Shown here piece by piece: positions 18,488 to 25,914 of a stretch of 32,000 nucleotides of DNA. Position 1 is the stretch's first letter, and each line of letters starts with the position of its first letter. The stretch is taken from contig OY776328.1 in NCBI GenBank assembly GCA_963675515.1, positions 1,140,001 through 1,172,000 of the forward strand, written 5' to 3'. Under the pieces are notes generated by a model. The model was not told the origin of the DNA. It was given only the letters and a program-made list of their open reading frames with translations, and searched no databases. Source of the stretch: Coprobacillaceae bacterium. GTDB taxonomy: Bacteria > Bacillota_I > Bacilli_A > Erysipelotrichales > Coprobacillaceae. Position numbers and translations under genes: made by a program.

Positions 18488-19495
18488 ATGGACAAAGTGA
18501 CTCTAGGAAATACCGGAATTACCGTCAACCGCAATGGCTTTGGCGCCTTGCCGGTGCAGCGGGTCGATATGGATGGGGCGGTGGCCCTGCTTAAAAAAGC
18601 GTATGAAAACGGAATCCGTTTTTTCGATACCGCCCGCCTTTACAGCGATTCGGAAACCAAGCTGGGCGCGGCTCTGTCATCGGTGCGCGAAAACATCTAT
18701 ATCGCCACCAAGACCAATGCGACCACGCCAGATCAGTTCTGGGCTGATCTTAACACCAGCCTCAAGAACCTGAAGAGTGACTATATCGATATCTACCAGT
18801 TCCACAACCCGAAATTCTGCCCGAAACCAGATGATGGCACTGGCCTTTATGAAGCGATGCTTGAAGCCAAAGCCCAGGGGAAAATCCGCCATATCGGGTT
18901 CACCAACCATTCCCTGGAAGTGGCGAATGATGCGGCCAATTCGGGTCTGTATTCAACCATCCAGTTTCCTTTCAGTTATCTTGCCAGCGCGAAGGATCTT
19001 GAGCTGGTGAAGACTTGCCAGGACAAGCAGATCGGTTTTATCGCCATGAAATCGTTGGCTGGGGGACTTATCACCAAGTCCAGACTGGCATATGCCTTTG
19101 CGAGCCAGTTCGACAATGTGCTGCCTATCTGGGGCATCCAGAAGGAAAGCGAACTTGACGAATTCCTTTCGTATCAGGCCACTGCGCCAATAATGGACGA
19201 AAAGATGGCTGATGCGATCGAATCCGACATGAAGGAACTGGGCGGGGATTTCTGCCGGGGCTGTGGCTACTGCATGCCTTGTCCCGTTGGAATCGAGATC
19301 AACAACTGTGCGAGAATGTCGCTTTTGCTGCGCCGTTCGCCGTCGGCTTCCTGGCTTGGCGAAAACTGGCAGGCCAAGATGGCCAAGATCGAAGATTGCA
19401 TCAATTGTGGCCATTGCAAAAGCAAGTGTCCGTATAATCTGGATACGCCGGCCCTTTTGAAAAAGAACCTGGCCGATTACCGGACCTTCCTTTGA
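18488..19495 (+). CDS. Aldo/keto reductase fused to a C-terminal 4Fe-4S ferredoxin-like domain (COG1453-type oxidoreductase)
   Basis: The AKR N-terminus is 'LGNTGITVNRNGFGALP...FFDTARLYSDSE'. The C-terminal Cys clusters are CRGCGYCMPCP and CINCGHCKSKCP. Confidence 0.8.
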   Translation: MDKVTLGNTGITVNRNGFGALPVQRVDMDGAVALLKKAYENGIRFFDTARLYSDSETKLGAALSSVRENIYIATKTNATTPDQFWADLNTSLKNLKSDYIDIYQFHNPKFCPKPDDGTGLYEAMLEAKAQGKIRHIGFTNHSLEVANDAANSGLYSTIQFPFSYLASAKDLELVKTCQDKQIGFIAMKSLAGGLITKSRLAYAFASQFDNVLPIWGIQKESELDEFLSYQATAPIMDEKMADAIESDMKELGGDFCRGCGYCMPCPVGIEINNCARMSLLLRRSPSASWLGENWQAKMAKIEDCINCGHCKSKCPYNLDTPALLKKNLADYRTFL

Positions 19496-19503
19496 TTCGG
19501 TTG

Positions 19504-19530
19504 AAAACGGGCTGTAAGCTCGTTTTTATT
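19504..19530 (+). terminator. Terminator after the AKR/Fe-S gene
   Basis: AAACGGGCT-gta-AGCTCGTTT hairpin followed by a T-rich tract. Confidence 0.6.
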
Positions 19531-19552
19531 TTAAATAATCTTCAAATTCCCC

Positions 19553-19583
19553 TTGACCTTAAAGGGCACTTTAACGATATATT
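19553..19583 (+). promoter_or_regulatory. Promoter with 19-bp spacer and internal dyad (MerR-type architecture?)
   Basis: TTGACC (19553-19558), 19-nt spacer, TATATT (19578-19583). The spacer contains the dyad TTAAAG-ggca-CTTTAA (19559-19574). Confidence 0.4.
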
Positions 19584-19656
19584 TGATAAAGGAGGCATCA
19601 GTCATTATTGGAAACAGCCCATCACGAAGACGGGCGGTAATGGCTGAAAAAGACCC

Positions 19657-20052
19657 ATGGAAATAGTAGTAGTGGACGGGCAAGGCGGCGGCATCGGCCG
19701 GAGCATCTGCCAGATTTTAAAACAGAATTTTGATGATGTCTTCATCATCGGCGTGGGCACCAATGCGGCGGCAAGCACCAACCTTAAAAAAGGTGGCGCC
19801 GATGTCATCGCCACGGGCGAGAATGCGATCATTTACAATGTGACAAAAGCCAGGATAATCATCGGCCCCATCGGCATCGCTTTTGGCAATTCGATGTATG
19901 GTGAGATCTCACCGGCAATCGCCCAGGCAATCAGCGCCAGCGAAGCGGCCAAGTATCTGATTCCCATCAGCCAGTGCAAGGCCAATATCGTCGGGGTCAG
20001 GCAAAGCTCGATTGGCGAATATCTTGATGAATTGGTGGAATTATTGAAATAG
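19657..20052 (+). CDS. DUF3842-family protein
   Basis: 131 aa with the N-terminus 'MEIVVVDGQGGGIGRSICQ', as I recall for DUF3842. There is no SD of its own and an in-frame stop 12 nt upstream rules out extension. Confidence 0.55.
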   Translation: MEIVVVDGQGGGIGRSICQILKQNFDDVFIIGVGTNAAASTNLKKGGADVIATGENAIIYNVTKARIIIGPIGIAFGNSMYGEISPAIAQAISASEAAKYLIPISQCKANIVGVRQSSIGEYLDELVELLK

Positions 20053-20136
20053 TTAAAAGTATCTGATACATGAAGTATGGATGAACCGGAGAACCGGTTT
20101 TAACTTGCGTCGGATACTTTTTTCTTTACGTTTTTT
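20052..20136 (+). terminator. Large terminator/attenuator-like structure between DUF3842 and larE
   Basis: AAAAGTATC (20055-20063) pairs with GATACTTTT (20113-20121) and is followed by T-rich tracts. An inner hairpin is AACCGG-agaa-CCGGTT (20084-20099). An alternative pairing is GTTAAAA (20052-20058) with TTTTAAC (20098-20104). Confidence 0.35.
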
Positions 20137-20159
20137 ACCGGATTACTAGGAGAATATTA

Positions 20160-20942
20160 ATGGATAAATTGGAACAATTGAGAGAGTTGCTTGAAAGCTA
20201 CAGGAAAGTGGCGATCGCCTACAGCGGGGGTGTCGATTCGAATTTCCTGTTTGAAGTGGCCAAATCGACCCTGGGGCAGGAAAATGTCCTTGCGGTTTTC
20301 TGCCAGGGGGCGATGATTTCACCTGAGGAGAAAAATGAAGCAGAAAAAATGCTTGAGGGGTCGAACCATGTCCTTTTGCATGTCGATGCCCTGGCAATCA
20401 AGCAGTTTCGCTGCAACGACAAACAGCGCTGTTATCACTGCAAAAAGGCGATCATGTCGAAGGTCATCTTAGCCGCATCTTCGCGGGGATTTGCCACTGT
20501 CCTTGACGGGCGCAACCATGACGATGGAAAGTCATATAGGCCGGGAATCCAGGCCTGCGAGGAGCTGGGAATCCTTTCTCCCCTGGCCAATGTGGAAATG
20601 ACCAAAAGCGAAATCAGGGCATTCTCGAAACAGTTGGGAATAGTCACCCATGACAAGCCGGCCAATGCCTGTCTGGCATCGCGGTTTGATTATGGTGTCG
20701 AACTTACCGAAGAAAAGCTGGACCGGGTGGCAAAAGGGGAAGCGCTGATTGCCAAATTGGGAATCGCTTCGAGAAGACTCAGGGTCAAAGATGACCTTGC
20801 CAGAATCGAAGTCGAACCAAAAGACTTCGAAAAAATCATCAGCTCGCACCAACTGGTGGAAGATATAAAAAAATTGGGATTCCGCTATGTGACACTTGAC
20901 CTTGCGGGATTGAAAAGCGGAGGATATGACAGTGAAAGTTAA
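20160..20942 (+). CDS. larE: LarE, ATP-dependent sulfur transferase of nickel-pincer nucleotide (NPN) cofactor synthesis
   Basis: PP-loop SGGVDS (residues 22-27), the 'PANACLASRF' block with the conserved Cys, and a C-terminal LarE-like fold. It is followed by larB and larC. Confidence 0.85.
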   Translation: MDKLEQLRELLESYRKVAIAYSGGVDSNFLFEVAKSTLGQENVLAVFCQGAMISPEEKNEAEKMLEGSNHVLLHVDALAIKQFRCNDKQRCYHCKKAIMSKVILAASSRGFATVLDGRNHDDGKSYRPGIQACEELGILSPLANVEMTKSEIRAFSKQLGIVTHDKPANACLASRFDYGVELTEEKLDRVAKGEALIAKLGIASRRLRVKDDLARIEVEPKDFEKIISSHQLVEDIKKLGFRYVTLDLAGLKSGGYDSES

Positions 20943-21672
20943 AGAAATATTGGAACAGGTGCAAAATGGAACGATGTCGGTTGACAATGCCAAACAACTT
21001 CTTGACCAGCCATTGGACTATGCAACTATCGATTTCGACCGGGAGAAACGCACCGGGGCCCCCGAGGTCATCTATGGCGAAGGCAAGACTGCCAGGCAGA
21101 TCGAAGGAATCATCCAGAACATGCTCGACCATGAATGCCAGACAATCCTGGTCACGCGCATTTCGAGTGAGAAAATGGAATATCTCCAGCCTCTTTTCCC
21201 GCAATTCGAATATGATGAGCTGGCCCGGACGTTTCTCTACCATCACAACAACATCCCGACAAATATCGGAAAGATTGCCGTGGTATGCGCCGGAACATCG
21301 GACCTGCCCGTAGCCCGGGAAGCCTGCATCACCGCCAGATTCCTTGGAAACGAAACGACTCTTATCTCCGATGTCGGCGTGGCGGGGATCCATCGCCTTT
21401 TCAACCGGCTCGATGAAATCCGCGAAGCAACCGTGGTTGTAGTCGTAGCCGGCATGGAAGGAGCATTGGCTTCGGTTGTGGGAGGGCTGACCGACAAGCC
21501 GGTGATCGCCTGTCCCACTTCGGTGGGCTATGGGGCCAACCTTGATGGATTGGCAACCCTGTTGGCGATGCTCAACAGCTGTTCTAGCGGCATAGCGGTG
21601 GTAAACATCGATAACGGGTTTGGGGCCGGATTCATGGCCCATTCAATCAACTGTCTGAAAGGAAAAAGATAA
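20926..21672 (+). CDS. larB: LarB, nicotinic acid adenine dinucleotide carboxylase/hydrolase (P2CMN synthase)
   Basis: 248 aa with a PurE/AIR-carboxylase-like domain (VVCAGTSDLPVA ... VVAGMEGALASVVGGL). It overlaps larE by 17 nt. An alternative GTG start at 20932 has better SD spacing. Confidence 0.85.
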   Translation: MTVKVKEILEQVQNGTMSVDNAKQLLDQPLDYATIDFDREKRTGAPEVIYGEGKTARQIEGIIQNMLDHECQTILVTRISSEKMEYLQPLFPQFEYDELARTFLYHHNNIPTNIGKIAVVCAGTSDLPVAREACITARFLGNETTLISDVGVAGIHRLFNRLDEIREATVVVVVAGMEGALASVVGGLTDKPVIACPTSVGYGANLDGLATLLAMLNSCSSGIAVVNIDNGFGAGFMAHSINCLKGKR

Positions 21673-23012
21673 TGAAAACACTGTATTTTGACTGTTCGAG
21701 CGGAATATCCGGGAACATGACGATTGGGGCTTTGCTGGAACTTACCGGTGATTACGCCTACCTGATCGACGAACTCAAGAAGATCAACGTTCCAGGTTAC
21801 CATCTGGAAATAGACAAACGCGACAAGAACGGGATAATGGCAACCCATGTCGAGGTTGTGATAGAATCTCACGGCCATCACCACGGCCATGAGCATGACG
21901 GCCATCACCATGACCATGAGCATGACGGCCATCACCACGACCACGAACATGACGGCCATCACCACGACCATGAGTATGACGGCCATCACCACGACCACGA
22001 ACATGACGGCCATCACCACGACCATGAACATGACGGCCATCACCATGAACACCGGAACCTTGGTGCGGTAAACGCCATCATCGACCAAAGCGGTCTTGAT
22101 ATCAAGACGAAGGAACTGGCAAAACGGATATTCCTGCGGGTTGCCCAAGCTGAAAGCAAAGTCCATGGAAAGCCTTTGGAGGAGGTTCATTTCCACGAAG
22201 TGGGGGCGATCGATTCGATTGTCGATATCGTTGCCACGGCAATCCTTATCAACAGGATAGCTCCCGATGCGATCTATGCTTCAGTTGTCAATGACGGGCA
22301 TGGCTTTGTCAAATGTGCTCATGGTCTGATGAGTGTTCCGGTTCCGGCGACCAGCGAGATATTCGCTTCAAGCGAGGTTGTCTACCGCCAGATCGACATC
22401 GACGGGGAACTGGTGACACCGACTGGAGCGGCCATAATTGCCGAGCTGGCCAGTCAGTTTGGAGTGATGCCGCCAATGAGGGTCACCAAGATCGGTTGGG
22501 GAAGCGGAACCAAGGATCTGGCCATTCCCAATGTGTTGAAAGTATCCCTGGGTGAAACCGCCGATGTGACTTTGCGGATTGCTGTGATGGAGACAAATAT
22601 CGATGATACGACCGGGGAAATCATGGCCTACACCATGGAACGGCTATTTGAATCCGGGGCTTTGGATGTTTTCTTCACTCCGATCTATATGAAGAAAAAC
22701 CGTCCGGCTTACCGTTTGAGCGTTGCGTGCCGTGAAGATAAGATGGAAGAGCTGCGTGACATCATCTTTAAAGAGAGTTCAACCATTGGAATCCGCTATC
22801 GCTTTGAGGATCGTTTTGTGTGCAAACGGGAAATAATAACCCGGCAAACATCACTGGGGCAAATCCGGTTGAAGGTCACTAAAAGCCAGGGCCGGGAAGA
22901 CGAGTATTTCGAATTCGACGATCTCAAAAGCATAGCCGTGCAACAGCGGATGGCCATCAAAGATGTGATAAAAAAGCTGACGATCGAACTTTCAAATTAT
23001 GAAAACGACTGA
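21672..23012 (+). CDS. larC: LarC, nickel insertase (cyclometallase) for the NPN cofactor, single-ORF form with expanded His-rich tract
   Basis: The N-terminus is 'LYFDCSSGISGNMTIGALLEL' and 'HFHEVGAIDSIVDIV' is typical LarC/DUF111. The start overlaps the larB stop (TAATG). A His-rich insert lies at about aa 68-128. Confidence 0.87.
   Translation: MKTLYFDCSSGISGNMTIGALLELTGDYAYLIDELKKINVPGYHLEIDKRDKNGIMATHVEVVIESHGHHHGHEHDGHHHDHEHDGHHHDHEHDGHHHDHEYDGHHHDHEHDGHHHDHEHDGHHHEHRNLGAVNAIIDQSGLDIKTKELAKRIFLRVAQAESKVHGKPLEEVHFHEVGAIDSIVDIVATAILINRIAPDAIYASVVNDGHGFVKCAHGLMSVPVPATSEIFASSEVVYRQIDIDGELVTPTGAAIIAELASQFGVMPPMRVTKIGWGSGTKDLAIPNVLKVSLGETADVTLRIAVMETNIDDTTGEIMAYTMERLFESGALDVFFTPIYMKKNRPAYRLSVACREDKMEELRDIIFKESSTIGIRYRFEDRFVCKREIITRQTSLGQIRLKVTKSQGREDEYFEFDDLKSIAVQQRMAIKDVIKKLTIELSNYEND
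21894..22055 (+). repeat. Six tandem 27-bp in-frame repeats encoding (H/Y)DGHHHDHE
   Basis: Units start at 21894, 21921, 21948, 21975, 22002 and 22029. They differ only at a few third-codon positions, at one C/T first position (H->Y), and in the degenerate last unit. Confidence 0.92.
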
Positions 23013-23094
23013 TTAACCCTTTACCTTAAACCGCCCTTCAATGGTAAGATGTTTTTGTGAATGACTGCAGACATATTTTAAAAGGAGGGATTCT

Positions 23095-24197
23095 ATGTTA
23101 TCGGATTCAAAATTCGGTTTCGGCTTGATGCGGCTGCCCAAAAATGCGGACAATGAGATTGACATCGAGCAGGTAAAGGACATGGTCGATGGCTTCATGG
23201 CAGCGGCTTCAATTATTTCGACACCGCCTATGTGTACAAGGGATCGGAAGCGGCGATGAAAGCGGCGCTGGTCGACCGGTATCCTCGTGAAAGTTATACC
23301 ATCGCCAACAAGATCCACAAGATGGCCTTTGAAACAAAGAAGCAGATGGCTGATGTCTTCGAAGAGTCGCTGCGCCGCTGCGGGGTTGACTATTTCGATT
23401 TCTATCTTATCCATGCGATCAACCGAAAGCTTTACCGGGAATACCAGGACTATGGATGTTTCGAATATTGCCAGAAACAAAAAGAAGCGGGTAAGATTCG
23501 CTATCTTGGTTTCTCTTTCCATGACGACGCGAATCTTCTCGACCAGGTGCTTCGCGAGCATCCGGAGATTGATTTCGTCCAACTCCAGTTGAATTATCTC
23601 GACTGGGATAGCGGTGTGATCCAGGCCAGAAAAAACTACGAGGTGGCCTTGAAACACAACAAGCCTATTGTAGTAATGGAACCGATAAAAGGAGGCAACC
23701 TGGCCGCCTTGCCTGAGCACATCGAAAAGATCTTCAAGGAATACAATCCTGCAGCCTCGATGGCCTCATGGGCATTGCGATTTGTCGGCTCGCTTGAGGG
23801 TGTGATGACCATATTGTCAGGAATGTCTACTGCACAGCAGCTGGTTGACAACCTGGCGACAATGAATGATTTCCACCCAATCAGTGATCCGGAGGCCGCC
23901 CTGATAGAAAAGATCACCCAAGAATATCTGGCACTCAAGACAATCGACTGCACCGCCTGTCGTTATTGTGTCGCCGGGTGTCCAAAGAACATCCTGATTC
24001 CGGACCTTTTTGCCGCATACAACGACCAGATGGCCTATGGCAAGACGAGCCGGCCCAAGACTTTCTACAATGAACATACGGCCGATGGCCATGGCTTGGC
24101 GAGCGAGTGCATTGCCTGTCGCAAGTGCGAACATGTCTGCCCGCAGAAGCTGCCAATAGTCGAATTGCTCCAGAAGGTCGGCGCGACATTCGAATAG
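23095..24197 (+). pseudogene. Second aldo/keto reductase + 4Fe-4S domain oxidoreductase, interrupted by a 1-nt frameshift
   Basis: ATG 23095 (SD AAGGAGGG) gives MLSDSKFGFGLMRLPKNADNEIDIEQVKDMVDGFMAA, then goes out of frame to TGA 23257-23259. The shifted frame reads (G)FNYFDTAYVYKGSEAAMKAALVDRYPRESY... through to 24197, with C-terminal CTACRYCVAGCP and CIACRKCEHVCP. The break is at GCGG^C, about 23205-23207. Confidence 0.75.
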
Positions 24198-24199
24198 TT

Positions 24200-24226
24200 A
24201 AGACGTTTAGTGACGTCTTTTTCTTT
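24200..24226 (+). terminator. Terminator after AKR paralog 2
   Basis: AAGACGT-ttagtg-ACGTCTT hairpin followed by a T-rich tract. Confidence 0.6.
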
Positions 24227-24253
24227 GCAAAAAAGCGCTCACATTGATATAAT
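24225..24253 (+). promoter_or_regulatory. Promoter of ppk2
   Basis: TTGCAA (24225-24230), 17-nt spacer, TATAAT (24248-24253). It lies inside the over-long ORF-track prediction, which supports ATG 24300 as the start. Confidence 0.6.
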
Positions 24254-24299
24254 TAAGTTATGGAAGGTAACACACTATTACTTAAAGAGGAGAGGGATT

Positions 24300-25163
24300 A
24301 TGAAACTTGAAGATTATCGCTATTCCAAAAAAGGGATGGTAAAACTGAGTGAAATTGCCACTGAACCGGAATCCGCATGCGACAAGGATGAATGCATGAA
24401 GCGTCTTGAGAGCAATATTCTGGAAATAGTCGAATATCAGGAGAAGCTTTATGCCGCAAAACGGGAAGGACTGATCATCATCCTGCAGGCAATGGATGCC
24501 GGAGGCAAGGACAGCACCATCAAGAAGGTGACTTCAGGAATCAATCCCGCAGGCATCGACATCGCCGATTTCAAGAAACCCAACACCGGGGATCTCGAGC
24601 ATGACTTTCTATGGCGGGTCAACAAGATGACGCCGGTCCGGGGCAAGATAGCGATCTACAACCGCTCCTACTACGAGGATGTCCTGGCGGTCCAGGTCCA
24701 CAATCTCCATCTAGGCTATAAGATGATGCCGCGGGTCATCGACAATCCCGACTTTTTCGAAAGGAGGAAAAGGGACATCGCCCATTTCGAGCAGTATCTT
24801 TTCGACGAGAGCTACCGGGTGGTCAAGATCTTTCTCCATATCTCCAAAGCTGAACAAAAGCGCCGTTTTTTCGAGCGGCTTGAAGATCCCGACAAGAACT
24901 GGAAATTCGACCCAGGAGATCTGGTCGACCGGGAAAACTGGGACAGATATCAGGAAATATACGAGGGGATAATCGGAGATACGGCGACCGAGAATTCGCC
25001 CTGGTATGTCATCCCCGCAGACAAGAAATGGTATTCATGTTTCGTGGTGTCCCAGATAATATTGGACACTCTCAAGGCGATGGATCCCCAGTATCCGATA
25101 TTGGACAAGGAAGAACTGGAGAATTTCGCTCTGTACAAAAAACTGCTGGAAAACGAAAAGTAG
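24300..25163 (+). CDS. ppk2: PPK2-family polyphosphate:nucleotide phosphotransferase
   Basis: Single PPK2 domain of about 287 aa. Walker A-like 'QAMDAGGKDSTIK', 'IYNRSYYEDVL' and 'PWYVIPADKKW' are typical PPK2 blocks. SD is GAGGAGAGGG. Confidence 0.85.
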   Translation: MKLEDYRYSKKGMVKLSEIATEPESACDKDECMKRLESNILEIVEYQEKLYAAKREGLIIILQAMDAGGKDSTIKKVTSGINPAGIDIADFKKPNTGDLEHDFLWRVNKMTPVRGKIAIYNRSYYEDVLAVQVHNLHLGYKMMPRVIDNPDFFERRKRDIAHFEQYLFDESYRVVKIFLHISKAEQKRRFFERLEDPDKNWKFDPGDLVDRENWDRYQEIYEGIIGDTATENSPWYVIPADKKWYSCFVVSQIILDTLKAMDPQYPILDKEELENFALYKKLLENEK

Positions 25164-25201
25164 AAGGTTACCTCCAAATATCATGGAAAGAGGAATTGAA
25201 G

Positions 25202-25825
25202 ATGAGAAAGCTTAGAAAATTGATGATTTTGGTTTTGATGGCCAGCCTTTCATTTGGTTGTGGCGCCAGCTCCAAGCCGGATGATGTGGTCAAGGATTTC
25301 TTTGAAGCGGCCAAAACGTTCGACATGGAAGCCATGGTTGCGACCATCGTTCCTGAAAACACCCTGGCTGCAGAATACACCAAGGAAATCATGTCCGATG
25401 AGGAGTTCGGGGATTATCCTGAGGAAGTACTGAGTTACCTCGAAGAAAATGCGAGCAAGATAACCTACAAGATAACTTCGAGTGAGGTTGACGGCGACAA
25501 AGCGACGGTTATGGTCGATGTGAACTATATCGACTCATATCCGCTTATTGAGGAAATGTTCACCGAATACATGACCCAGGCCTTTGCCCTGGCTTTAAGC
25601 GGGCAGGAAGTCACTGACGAACAGTACGAACAGCTCATGACCGACATATTCAAAGACAAGATGGAGAATATGGAAGACAACTTCAAGGATGTGAGTCTGG
25701 AAATACCTTGTGAAAAGGTTGATGGAAAGTGGTATATCGCAGATGTCGATGAGGAAATGATGGATGTTTTCCTTTCAGGATTTATCTTGGCGGCGGCGAC
25801 ATTCGAGGCTCAGTTCAACCAATAG
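25202..25825 (+). CDS. Putative lipoprotein (DUF4878-like)
   Basis: Signal peptide MRKLRKLMILVLMASLSFGC with a lipobox-like Cys. 'KPDDVVKDFFEAAKTFDMEAM' resembles DUF4878 lipoproteins. The start is trimmed from 25028 to ATG 25202. Confidence 0.55.
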   Translation: MRKLRKLMILVLMASLSFGCGASSKPDDVVKDFFEAAKTFDMEAMVATIVPENTLAAEYTKEIMSDEEFGDYPEEVLSYLEENASKITYKITSSEVDGDKATVMVDVNYIDSYPLIEEMFTEYMTQAFALALSGQEVTDEQYEQLMTDIFKDKMENMEDNFKDVSLEIPCEKVDGKWYIADVDEEMMDVFLSGFILAAATFEAQFNQ

Positions 25826-25845
25826 GGCTTAGGCCCTATTTTTTT
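25823..25845 (+). terminator. Terminator after the lipoprotein gene
   Basis: TAGGGC-ttag-GCCCTA hairpin followed by T7. Confidence 0.7.
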
Positions 25846-25914
25846 AAAAATGCATATCGGTGGCGGTATCCTGCAATTTGGGTATAATATTATTAACGAA
25901 AAGGAGGGATTGCA

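Noticed and set aside
20839-21642. 267-aa minus-strand ORF
   Set aside because: It is entirely antisense to larB and the end of larE, which have clear family motifs. It has no recognisable domain or RBS.
21894-22055. Regular 27-bp repeats that could superficially suggest a CRISPR-like array
   Set aside because: The repeats are directly adjacent with no spacers, are in frame, and encode the His-rich tract of LarC. This is a coding tandem repeat, not a CRISPR array.
21528-22196. 222-aa minus-strand ORF, and the 60-aa plus-strand ORF at 21889-22071, rich in VMAVM/TAIT repeats
   Set aside because: These are frame-shifted or antisense readings of the LarC His-repeat and the end of larB. They are low-complexity artefacts with no SD.
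23013-23720. 235-aa minus-strand ORF overlapping the frameshifted AKR gene
   Set aside because: It is antisense to a gene whose two frames together reconstruct a complete AKR/Fe-S protein. It has no motifs and no SD, so it is a spurious long ORF.
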